From Laetmonice hystrix (taxonomy: Eukaryota): a stretch of 64,000 bases of DNA. The translations under genes were made by a program, and so were the position numbers. Each line of letters begins with the position of its first letter. The first letter of the stretch is position 1. The DNA lies in assembly GCA_965235115.1 (NCBI GenBank), contig OZ249440.1:33606001-33670000 (forward strand). Direction: 5' to 3'. The notes under the pieces are model-generated. The model did not search any database. It worked only from the letters and a program-made list of their open reading frames with translations, and was not told the DNA's origin. Positions 48,766 through 60,900 of the stretch are shown one piece after another.

Positions 48766-49167
48766 GGCATCAGTGTGAACCCCCGATGTACAAAGATTTC
48801 GGCTGTAAAGGAGAGCATCTTGGACACCTGGTGCACATAATGGTGACGTTATAGTTGTAACTTTTCCACTCTGCCAGAAAAAGAAGTTCCATAGATAAGC
48901 TTAAGGAGTGAGGGGGCCAAACCTGGGGATATTTATAGGACCATTTTAGTGGGGGGGGGGGGCCAAAACATACTTTGGCCCCGCCACTTTCTTTGGTGAG
49001 GGGGCCATGGCCCCTGTGGCCACCTGTTCCTACATCCCTGTATTATGGAAACCTGATAGCACATGAACCATGTAGGCCTATTATATTTAAATGGTAATCA
49101 AGAACCTTCTTTTCTTATTCAGTGAACTAGCTACATGTTATGGCACTGAGCGTGAGCTGGTGACTAA

Positions 49168-49620
49168 AGCAGGCGTGCAGACATAACAGAGAGGCGTGGA
49201 GACGGAGAGAGGCGTGCAGACGACAACAGGAAGACTTGCAACGGGTGCATAGAGACGTGCCTAGGTCGCCCAAAGGCAAAGACACGTACAGAAAGACATG
49301 CAGACGGAAAGTAGAGAGACGTGCCTAGGTCGCCCAAAGACACGTACAGAGAGGCGTGCCTAGGTCGCCCAGAGACACAGAGGCGTGCGGACGGAAAGCA
49401 TAGAGACGTGCCTAGGTCGCCCAATGACACGTACATAGAGACATGCCTAGGTCGCCCAATGACACGTACAGAGAGACGTGCCTAGATCGCCCAATAACAC
49501 GTACAGAGAGGCGTGCAGACGGAAAGCAGAGAGACATGCCTAGGTCGCCCAGAGACACAGAGGCGTGCAGACGGAAAGCAGAGACACAGAGGCGTCCAGA
49601 CGAAAAGCAGAGAGACGAGG
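49168..49620. repeat. Degenerate minisatellite
   Basis: Recurring agagacgtgcctaggtcgccca and aggcgtgcagacggaaag modules. Confidence 0.9.
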
Positions 49621-49905
49621 GAGGTCTCCCAGAGAGACTTACAGACAGTGCAGAGTGTATTATATACATCATGCGTTCAAAGGTTCCATACATAGAGTGT
49701 ATCTATAGATAGTGTATATAGTGTGTACTAAAGGGTAAAGAGTCTGTTTGCAGAAACAGAGTGAACACAAAGGCACACAATTCAGAGAAGTGTCATACTA
49801 TGTACAGAGGGGCGTGTAGAAAGTTGAAAATGAATACTGAAATGAAAAAAACATCTATTTTTAATCATTTTAGGCTACAGTTTTGTACCTAATATAAACC
49901 AGCCT

Positions 49906-50020
49906 GGGCCCTGTTTTACTAAAGAGTCGAAAATAACGACGTCGATAATTTAGCATAGAAGTAAATGGGTTCTGTAAGATTTTCGACGTCATTATTATCG
50001 ACCTTTAGTAAAACCGGCAA
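49906..50020. mobile_element. Small palindromic MITE
   Basis: gttttactaaag.gtcga.aataa.gacgtcga / tcgacgtcattattatcgacctttagtaaaac inverted arms. Confidence 0.6.
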
Positions 50021-51136
50021 CATTAGAATGCATCTACAGAACTTCCTGGGCCTAGACGGCCCCTCAGCCCTCGCCTTTAGTTCTAGGATAATGTACCCCC
50101 CCCCTGCAAAATTACTTCCACCATGCCTGCATGCACTAAACACGCACTAAGCGTCCGCATAGAACACATCGGCGCGCAGTGCAAAGACCATTAGACAATG
50201 TGCAGGGAGACGTATAGAGTTGATAAAACGTGCACTGACCATGTTAAGAAAGGTTCATAGACTGGTACTAACATTTAACACCCAACAAATACACCCAGTT
50301 TTCCACCTTGTTTCAACATTAATACCCCAGGTTATTTCAACTTTGTTTCAACGTTATTTGCATGCTAGTTATGGAGTAAAGTCTTGATTAATTTTACAAA
50401 CCTCTGTTTGACCAGTTGACTTGACAGTGCTCTTGAACACTTCCACTTTCCGAAGCAACACGAACGTGTCCTTTTCCAACTCTTCTGCTAACTTTTTCTG
50501 TGAAAGAATAAAGCTTGACCTTTTGGCTGTCCATCAGGACTAGTTTTCCAATGTATGAGACTGCACCGGCAGCTCCCTTCAAACGCAATCTTTTCCTCTC
50601 GGTTAGCCCGACCACCACATACGCCCTGACCATAGCTGCCATACTGATGTCTGTCAGGCGTCAGTCCAGTTGAACGTATTTTACAACAGAGACGTGGACA
50701 ATACTCTGTCTATGATCTTTATAACCTTCTGTCTGGATAATGATTGGTTCATTCTTCACGTCTGTTTAGTCACATGACCAAAACAACAGGACCTTTCAAG
50801 ATTTGGTCAGTAAGACTGCACACACTCAATTGTGCCACCTTACGTAAAACAGGTTAGCAACTTCGAAGCCGTTTGAAAGTATACTGTACTGCCCACCCTC
50901 GGAAGTATTTCGAAAAAGTTTGGGGAAATTTCTGGGGGTGAATCTGCAATACCATGGTCGGGAAACTGACTTGGGGGGGGGGGAAGAAGCTGTAAAACCA
51001 TTCAGCAAACTCCTCCCTGGCCCAGAAAATATTATTAGGGAGCATCCTATAAGGGGATAAGATATCATTTGGAATTTTATTCATGTAACCTGTTGTAGGG
51101 CAGGCATAGCTTGAGTTTTCTTGTGGTATACCATCT

Positions 51137-51478
51137 GGTATCCGGACAATTAGACACCGGACAATTAGACACCGGCCAGTTAGACACCAGACAGTCAGAC
51201 ACCTGGACAATTAGACACCTGACAGTTGGACACCCGGGCAATTAGACACCCTCTATAAAATATATTGCTAAAAGTAAAGAAATAGGATAAACCAGTGTCT
51301 GGTTAGGGTTAGGGTTGGGTTAGGGTTAGAGCTAACATACTCATACATACTCACACACATACTTCAATTATATATTATGTCACATTATATGCGGGTGTCT
51401 AGTTGCCCTACTTTGCCACTTTCTAGGGTGTCTAATTGTCCAGTGTCTAATTGTCCGGTGTCTAATTGTCCTGGATTC
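51137..51478. mobile_element. Mutator/foldback-type non-autonomous element with repeat-array TIRs and internal TTAGGG repeats
   Basis: 9-bp TSD ataccatct at 51128-51136 and 51479-51487. 17-bp ggacaattagacacc-type repeats inverted at both ends. ggttagggttagggttgggttagggttag at 51301-51329. Confidence 0.85.
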
Positions 51479-51615
51479 ATACCATCTACAGGGCGGATCC
51501 AGCATTTCTTGAAAGGGAAATCTATGACAAAATATAAGTCGCCCCCCATACAAGAAATAGGTTTACTACATTACTGGTGCCTACGATAATCATTTTGTTC
51601 TTTTGGAATTAGAAA

Positions 51616-52560
51616 ATGGGCAAAGTCCATAACCTGTGGACCGAAGAGGCAATGGCAGCCGCCGTGGCAGAGGTAAAACGCCACGCTCTATTTGTGCGAT
51701 CAGCCGCCGCCAAATACAGCGTGCCAAGGTCGACCCTTCATGACAAGCTCACGGGTCGAATCACTGAGGCGGCCCACAATGGCGCTCTCAGTAAGCTTGC
51801 TCATCAGATGAGGAACTGTTGTTAAACTCTTCGCAGGAGCATGCTGAAAAGGGGGTAAGATTATCAAAGTCCATGTTTAAAAGGTATGTGGGGCAACTTG
51901 CCTCAAAAGGGGGCACCACTTTCAAGGGTGGCTGTCCGTCTGAGAAGTGGTGGGTCCTTTTTAGGAAGCGCCACGCCTATTTCACCCTTCATATATATCC
52001 CGGATGGCAGCAAGTAGTGCCACCAACATTGCAAGATATTTTGCCGCCCTCAAACAGGTGCTGGACGCAACCCCTATGCCGCCCAGTTCCATATGGAATA
52101 TGGACGAAACAGGCGTCCATATGGACCACCTGCCAGGCAAAGTAGTTGCAAAGTAAGTCTGTGCACATATAGAAATTGACTCATCTAGAATAAAGAAATT
52201 ATAAATACAAAATAGGGAAATTAATAATTTTTTTCAACTATAGTTCAACTTAACTGTATATAGCCTATGTGTTCTTAAATCGGATATAAGGATCCTTTCG
52301 TCCAATTTAGAGCCATGCACCTGCATCCATGTGCACCTGCATGTGTATTATGCACTATAGGGTTGGGACGAAACACCTGCAGGCCAGAAGCTCGAGCAAC
52401 AGGGAAATTACAACAATAGTTGCTTGCGGCAACGTAGCAGGGGCCTTCCTATCACTTCTTGTCATCATAAAGGGGAAGACCCAAAGATCTATAACAAAAT
52501 ATCATACGGATCAGGACACACATAACTGAATCCGATTCTGGCTGGATTAAGGAGGTATTA
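51616..52560 (+). pseudogene. pogo/Tigger-type transposase (psq HTH, CENP-B HTH, DDE start) with intron
   Basis: WTEEAMAAAV..RSAAAKYSVPRSTL, PSEKWWVLFRKRH, IWNMDETG, ITTIVACGNVAG. Intron gtaagt..tatag at 52153-52360. Confidence 0.85.
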
Positions 52561-52990
52561 CACAATACTTTTTTGTCTCTTAATATAGGATTGCATGCGT
52601 ACCTTTTAGTGTCCTGTTGGAGGTTGGAATTCAGGGATATACCGTTAATCTTCATGCCCACAATGACTGGCAATCTTTAGATTTAACATAGGCCCTACGT
52701 GATAACTTTGCACCCCTCTTATGCAGGCAGTCCACTGGCATATATACGACTCCTTTTTATATATATAGGCCTATTATTATGTCCAAAGACTGCATGGCAT
52801 GTATTGCCAAATCTATTGAACATTTGCTTCTGACAAGGAATAGCACAGCTTTGATTCACTGATGTGTTCCTAAAGAACATTGGAAGCCAGCGACCACAGC
52901 TACTAATCTAATCACATGTGACTCAGCCTCTTGACCGGTGTGTTCATTAACCGTTCAAATCGATATAGAGGTGTAGTTCTTGTTGGAGAC

Positions 52991-53292
52991 GAGTGAGTGA
53001 GTGAGTATTGGTGGTTTTGCGCCGTGTCGGCATCTGGGGCCATATTCACGGCAAAAACAGAGTTATAAGACCATAAAACCAAAGGAACCTATTTTATCCC
53101 GGGTCCCAACGGGAACACCACCAAAACACATCTATAAAAGAGTCAGAAGTCCAGCCTCTGACAAGAACTCTAAAATCACTCCTGGTCTGATATTGCTAAA
53201 AAGATCCTTAAGACTTGTCTCATTATAAAACCTTTGTCTGATGAGAGTAAAATCACCACATTCGAGTAAAAGATGCTTCAGTGTCAAAGGAC
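52991..53292 (-). mobile_element. Short 5'-truncated copy of the I/Nimb LINE 3' end
   Basis: Matches 19038-19320. (TCAC)n tail. 13-bp TSD tcttgttggagac at 52978-52990 and 53293-53305. Confidence 0.95.
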
Positions 53293-53689
53293 TCTTGTTG
53301 GAGACAGTGTAGTGGTGCAGCACAACTGCTTAAAGGGCCAAAAGAGGATACACGGCCAGTGGGTGAGCATCCGGGATGTCTTTGATATTGATCAACTGGT
53401 GTTCCATGAGTAGCTGAATGATGCTTGATAGTGCCTGTCAAATGTGGTGGTGTTTAACTTCTGACAGTATAACATCGGAGTTCCTGCAATTACGAAGCAA
53501 CCTTTTACAGCAGCAAATTGAAGATTGTCATCTGACTAGGTCGTTTTACTTTCATTGTTGAAGCGGTAGCCATGCATTTCAAGGCCACGATGGTGTCACG
53601 ATAACCAACAAATGCAGGTAGACCACTTGGATGGAATGATGGAAAACGTACACATGTGCCGAAGCCACTGATCTTATGAATTTGAATGA

Positions 53690-55530
53690 ACTCTACGAAA
53701 ACTAGAAAGAAAAACATCCAAATGATAAGATCTAAATTCTGTTCACTGCGACCAAAAAATTGCATAACAGTTGGTAGTAAAGGATCCCATTCAGTGTGCG
53801 TATTCACCAGAATGTGAAATTAATAAGTGCTCTGCCAACCAATGCAGTTATCACCTATCATAATTTAATGAATGAGGTTGTATGTTCCACTGACTCAAAA
53901 ATGTGTATGATGCACCGGTGTCCAAACTGCCCTGGAGTTGATGCTGTAATTATGTATCTAGAAACACTGTGTGATGTAAACAATACCATGGAAAATTACA
54001 ACAGATCGCACCACTTTAGAAGACTGCAGTAGACCCCTTCGAGAATTCTTTGTTAGGTGAAAAATTTGAGAAGCTAACATCACATCATTATATAGCAAAG
54101 AGCCAATCTTCCTTTCTTTCAAAATTGAAAGAAAGCCGGTCTGAGGATAAAGCTATACTCATCCTGGACTTCGCTCTAAATTATAGCTTTATTGTGCAAG
54201 ATGTCACACAGGGATACCACTGGGAAAACAGTCAGGCCACTCTCCATCCTTTTGTTGCATATTGTAGGACGGTCCAGTGAAACCTGATTGCATGTGTGTA
54301 GTTAGTGACTGTTTACCAGATGACACTGTCAGTCAATAGATTCCAGAAGGAAATTCTGGAACACATGAAAAGAAAATGTCCACAGTTAAAAAAGATATAC
54401 TACTTTTTGGATGGGGCTGCTGCACAATATAAAAACTACAAAAAAAATTCAAACCTAGTGTGCCACGAAGAGGATTTTGGGCTTTGTGCAGAGTGGCATT
54501 TCTTTGCCACCAGTCATGGAAAAAATGCATGCGATGGAGTTGGCGGTACTATTAAAAGACAGGCTGCCAAGGCAAGCCTACAGGTCATTTATTAACCCCG
54601 AAAGACAGACCCCTTTGAATGGGGTTCATCACACATGAAAAATGTAACTTTATTCTTTATCGTCAATGACGATGTTAAACTGTATCCAGAATCACAAAAT
54701 GTTCGCTGCCTGGTACCAGAGCATTCCATTGCTTTACCCCAACCAGTGATAAACAGTTGCTGGATAAAAGAATATCAGCAGAGCATCAAGACAAACAACC
54801 AGTGTTGACGCTGAACAGTATGTTGGGTGCACCTATGATGGAAACTAGTGGGTAGGGTGTGTTGCAAACAATTCTGCTGATGATGATGATTTGTATGTCA
54901 AACTTATGCACCCTCATCGACCTGCAAGGCCATTTCATTGGCCTAGCAGAGAAGACAAATGCTGGGTCCCACTTCAGTGTGTACTTGGTGTCATAAGTGC
55001 ACCAACCACATGTAATGGTCGACAGTACCATCTGGATTCAGCAGCTATAGAATTACTTTCATCTCTCTAAGACTTCAGAGCTAAATAGATACACCAAAAA
55101 TTAAAAATTAAATAAATAAAAATTAGCTCCTTAATCTTTACTTAATTCAATTCTATGGGAAAAACTGCATATAATGGTAGAAGAATAACGGGTATGTCTT
55201 AAAAAACATGTTTTAAATATTGGGTAATAAGCGATCCATACAGTTTATGCTAATTTATGCTAATTATTCCTGAAATACGCAAAGTATGACAATCCATAAC
55301 ATGTATTTTACTTTAGTGCATATCCCCCAAAGTTTTGTACATCTTTAGCCAAGTATTCTTACCATTTGACCCGCATTTTATGCTAATTTATGCAAAAGTA
55401 TGCATAAATATAAAAATTAGCTCCTTAATCTTTACTAAATTCAATTCTATGGGGAAAACTACATATAATGGCTAAGTTTGATGGTGATACATTGAAAACT
55501 GTACATTCTGCACTGAAAAGTCTCCCCTAA
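53690..55530 (+). mobile_element. Decayed Sola2-like transposon (transposase and 3' terminal region)
   Basis: LDFALNYSF..QGYHW..QATLHP, YFLDGAAAQYKN, WHFFATSHGKNACDGVGGTIKR. Duplicated subterminal blocks at ~55115 and ~55410. Confidence 0.75.
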
Positions 55531-56847
55531 TCATAGGCTATTGAGAATAACCACATGTGGGTCTGTTGAGAATAATCAAAGGTCCATGGAAAGGGGCCTA
55601 ATCTCCTTTGTTTTAGGGATCGTTTTTTCATTGAAAGAGAAGTCACATTCTTTGGCCGTAACTTTTTTATTTTTGCCTATTAGAATTCTACTTCTATTAC
55701 CGACGTGATGAAATAAAATAAACAACCAGATTCTCAAAAATAAAAAATGAACTGTCATTGCTAAGGACATATTCCTTTGCTGTCTTTCAGATCTAGTATA
55801 TGGTAAACAGGAGACAGTGCCGGAACGCCTGTTCACAGAGGTTCATTGTAATGTTGACACCTTACATGGAATATCTAAAGATGACTCGGTAGATGTACTC
55901 GAGTTCATCGAAGCTGAGGAGCATGCTGAGTGACTCTAGGTTATCCTCTAACCGTAGCATTTGGAGTTACCGGTAATTGTGGGGACGCACTATTTAGGGA
56001 GCCCAGCTGGCCAATGAACAGTACCACTGTTCCCGCATTGGTCCTATCATTGCTTCATACCTGTTTGCTATGCTATCCAAAGTTCACTGATTTTGGAGGG
56101 GTACCTCAGCTTATTATATGGTTTTTGAATCTATGTTGATGCATAGTGGTCAAAGGGATGATGTTTAACTGCCTTAAATAATACTCCGGTTGTCAAATTT
56201 AAAACCTCTAAGTATGACTGGTTCCTTTTACCCGAAATTTTTTACCACCTGTGCGTCCTGCTTTTAAGACCTACATTGTATCTGGTTATTACTTTGTGTT
56301 ATGATTCAACGTTATAATTGTTCGATATAAAATGTCTTTACAGAGGTGGACTCACCAAAAAGAAGAAGAAAGCCGGCAAAGAAAGTAGCAGAAGTGGACA
56401 AAAGATGAGGTGGACAAACCCTCATCAAGAAAAAACTCTGGAACATGGTTAGAAAGGTTCCGGCCTAGGGAGGGGACAGTCTTGATCATCCCCTCAGTGG
56501 CCGAGCAGAGCAAGAGAGTTGGGCGGTGCCCAGGGTCGGCGGTGTGGACGTCCCACTCTCATTTTGAACTCTCAATCGGACCGTGGGACTTCATTATTGA
56601 CATAAATCAGTAATGTCTGGTGTGTTTCATTTTAACGGAGGCCAGTTTGTCCTCTGTGGCTGCTGACCAGGTAAGACTGGCAGGGGGGCAGTAGGCAGGG
56701 ACAGCTACGTGGGGAAACTAGTCCGGCAGAATTTTCGAAAACCCCTTGATGTTTGTTAAAGTTTTTTCTTACTTGATTGTAGTCCCTCAGGGCACCAAAA
56801 ATAGTTGTTTGCCGGATGTGTTGTTCCCACCCTTGAGCGTTCCAAGA

Positions 56848-57150
56848 AATCCAAGATGGCCGCCGCAGTGGGGCCCGAGAGAGAAAAAGTCTTATAACTT
56901 CTCAACCAAATCACTTATGAAGCTGATTTTGGTGTCTAAGTATAGGTTTTTAGGGACAGGAAATCCAATGGAGAAAGAAAATTTCACATCGGAGCATGCC
57001 TTTAACACATAAATCCAAGATGGCTGCCACAATGGAAGCCGAAAGTGATAATGTCCTATGACTTCTCAACCAAATGACTTAAGAAGCTGATTTTGGTGTC
57101 TACGTATAGGTTTTTGGGGGCAGGGAATCCAATGGAAAAAGAAAATTTCA
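56848..57150. repeat. Two tandem ~165-bp units starting aatccaagatggc, probable DNA-transposon subterminal repeats
   Basis: aatccaagatggc...acttctcaaccaaat...gaagctgattttggtgtct...aatccaatgga.aaagaaaatttca occurs twice. Confidence 0.7.
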
Positions 57151-57988
57151 AAAGGAATATTCCTTTAACACTTAGTGTGTCCATGACGACAACATCTGGT
57201 TGAGCGTCGTCGAGAGGGGAGGAAAATAGGCAAATTCAACAAGAGAGAACCCCATAACAGAAGACACCTCCATACCAAAACAAGTGTGAATATTCCAAGA
57301 ATCCAAGAAACAGTAAGTGAAGGCATGTCACTTTCACTGTGGACTGAAAGCAGCATTTGAAGACTCTACTACAAGCCCTCCGACAAAAAAGTAAACAAAC
57401 AAGATGGAGGTGCGCCATAGCAACGATGCCACGCCCACTGAAAACCAGCCACAACAAATCACTCTGTCTAGCGACAATTTATCAAAAGCTAGCGGTACTG
57501 GACCGCATTGAAGATAAACTTGACAATCTTAACAGTAGAGTGGAAGACCTAGAATTGCGCGTGGCAGCAGTCGAGAATGAACACGACCATATGCGGGGCG
57601 AACTAGACCGGTTCAAAGCGAACGGACATCAACAAAAGACTAGAACTCCTGGAAAACCAAAACAAAAGCGAGCAACGTTAATCTCCTATATATACCTAAG
57701 CCAGCATGGGAATCCCAGGCCAGCCTACTCATGACTGTCCAGGACTTACTAGATCATGTAACTGGGGCAGTCCAACCGCCGACAACCATCAAAGCGGTCC
57801 GACGGCTAGGCCCGCCAACTGTTGGCCCACGCAACGATCAAGCCGACAGGAACAACATGGGCAGGACACCGCCCCGACCCCAAAGCAACAAAAAACAAAA
57901 TAGATCTAGACCCGTTCTGATCACCCTGAATGACGAAAACACGGCAAATGCACTCCTCAAAATCGGAAACAAGAGGCTGAAAACCTAC

Positions 57989-60900
57989 TGTTATGTCTTT
58001 ATGTTACCCGATGCGGTCTGATTAACCGAGATGACAATAAAATGTCCACTTGCCATGTTACGACCCGGAGTGCTCTGCACATCCGAGTATGCTTTATTTC
58101 CATTGGCTACAAGTATGTCACGGTGACCTAGATAGGATATAACATCCTCCCTTTTGAATTTAATGAAAAAAAAAGAAACATAGTACCAAATAAGTAGTTG
58201 TTAATTTGCACTAAGGCGCTACGTGGCAAAGTAATGGCACCAAAAAAAATCTATATCTCAGGCCTCCAAAATATATGTTAGCCTGAGGTTTAAAACTCTA
58301 ATAAAATTCCCGGTACTCTTAAAATCCTTCCACAACAACTTACATAACATAGTCATTGTATCTGAGGGGACGGCGGGATACTCTGACAGACCTAGGTCTG
58401 GGTGGCCCCGGAAATGGTGGGTCAGGAGGAGGGTCATTCGGCACTGGACCTGCCGGTGGATCTGGGGGGTTTGCTGGTGGATCTGGGGGGTTTGCTGGTG
58501 GATCATCTTCCTCCTCTGAATCCGCTTCCTGTCTGTATATCCCTCTCTCTCCTGTCTTCATAATGTCCCGTCTGTTTCTTCTCCATATTCTCCCGCTTGG
58601 CAGCTTCACATTATATGACCTTGGGTCAGTCTGCGCATCTTTTCTTGGCATGAGCAATGCTGGTTTCCATGTCTTCTTGTCCCATACTCTGACTGCGTCG
58701 CCCTCCTTGAGCGGCTCATGTGTTTTCGACCCACGATCATAGTAGTATTTTGCTATCGCACGATAACTTGTCATTTTTTTCTTCACGATTTCTGGTTTGA
58801 TGGTTTTAGGTCTGAGCAGGGACACATTGGTTGGAAGTTGTGTCCGAGTCCGTCGACCCATTAACCTCTGTGCTGGAGAACCTAGTGTATTGTCTCTTGG
58901 GGTATTCCTGATATTCAGCAAGGCTATGTACACATCACTGCGATCATCTCTACACTTTTTGATCATCCTCTTTGCAATATTCACTGCTTTCTCTGCCATC
59001 CCGTTCGTCTGTGAGTGAAGTGGTGACATGGTTGTGTGATCGAATCCATACTCTCTGGCAAATGTACGGAATAGGGCACTGTCAAATGGTGGCCCATTGT
59101 CTGATATCACCTTCATTGGAATGCCGTGTGTGACGAACACTTCTTTGTTTGCTTTGATCACTGGTACTGCTGTAGAGTCTCGTCCAAGCTTCTTGATTTC
59201 GAACCATTCTGAATAGTAGTCCACTATCAGTAGAAATTTCTCCCCTTCAATGGAGAACAGGTCTTCCGCAACCACTGTCCATGGTGCTGTTGGTATGTCT
59301 GAGGGAATGAGAGGTTCCTTCTCTTGATACGCCCTCATCTTTTGACATGGCCCACACCGCGATATGGCGTCTTCTATTTGTGCATTTATTCCTGGCCAAT
59401 AAATCAAGTCACGCGCTAGTTGTTTTGTTTTCACCATCCCTTGGTGTGACGCGTGTAGTTTGGTCATCATTTCCATCTGCATTGATGCTGGTATAACTAC
59501 TCTCTGTCCTTTGAAGATTATACCATCCACTATGTTCATCTCTTCCCTGGAGTCCCAGTATGGTTTGACTGTTGGGTGCACTGAATCCTTGTCGAGCGGC
59601 CATCCCTTGACGATAACCAACTTTAGTTCCTTCAACATCTCATCTCTCTCTGTTTCCCTGACGAGTACGTCCAACTTCTGTGGGTTGAAGGATGTTATGC
59701 TTTTGATTTCTGTCGCGAGAACTGTGAACTGTGGTTCGTTACCTGTTTCCGGTAGATGGAGTCTGCTGAGATTGTCTGCAACTGGAATATCCTTTCCTGC
59801 TCTGTGTACAAGTTTAAAAGTGTACTGCTGTAGGCGCATGCGCATCTTTTGAAGTCGAAGGGGCACCTGATGTAGCTGCTTTTCCATTATCCTCAGCAGG
59901 GGGAGGTGGTCGGTTTCCACAGTTACATCCTCTTTGCCATATATGTATGTGTGGAATTTCCTGCAGGCGGTCACTATGGCCAGCAATTCCTTCTCGATTT
60001 GACTGTATGCGTACTCTGCAGTCGTAAGTGTTTTGGACCCGTAAGCAACTGGCTGGTCTTGTTGCTGTAAGACCATACCCAGCCCTGACTGACTTGCATC
60101 GCATGAGATCACAACCGGTTCTGTAGGGTTGTAGTATCTGAGTACTGGGGCGCTTGTCATCATGACTTTCAGTTTTTGAAACGCCTCCTCATGCACTGGA
60201 TCCCAGTGGAACTCAAATCCGTGCTCCTGACTCTCCTTGAGTATTTGCCTGAGCGGCTCCGTTGTCGCTGACAGTTCCGGCATGAACTTCATTGTGTAGT
60301 TGACCATCCCTAGGAGCGTACGGACATTGTGAACGTCCTCCGGGCGTGGCATGCTAACCACCGCCTTGATCTTGTCCTCGGAAATTTTGACTCCTTCTGC
60401 TGTGAGAACTTGTCCCACATATTCTACCTCTGGCCGCGCCAGTTTGGTTTTTGCCGCATTGAGTTTCAGATTGCGGTCTACGCACCTCTTCAATACATCT
60501 TCTAGCATTTTGTCATGTGCCTTCACGTCTTTGCCATGCACCAGGAGATCATCCATTATGATCTCTACTCCTGGGATTCCTTCGAATAATTCTGTCATGG
60601 CACGTTGATAAATCTCCGGCGCACTGCTGATCCCCATTGGTAGCCTTTTGTAGTAGTACCGACCAAATGGCGTGTTGAATGCTGTGAGCATCGCACTCTC
60701 CTCATCCAGCTTTATCTGGAAAAATCCTTGATCCGCGTCGAGTACCGTAAATATCTTTGAACCGTGTGTCCTCGTGATGACATCTTCAACTGTACTGATC
60801 GGATGGTATTCTCGTAGCAATGCCTTGTTCAGATCCTTCGGATCCATCGTAATGCGAACATTTGGCTTCCCCGGTTTACTGTTCTTCTTCATGACGACAT

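Noticed and set aside
48690..48767. HDV-like ribozyme call for the LINE 5' end (CCCA-GCC...GGC...GGCGAA..UGGG similarity)
   Set aside because: No P1 3' strand follows the putative P3, and the first hairpin leaves no room for the nested double pseudoknot. Kept as an unclassified structure.
51301..51329. Chromosome end or telomere fusion site
   Set aside because: Only about five units, enclosed within a TSD-flanked element.
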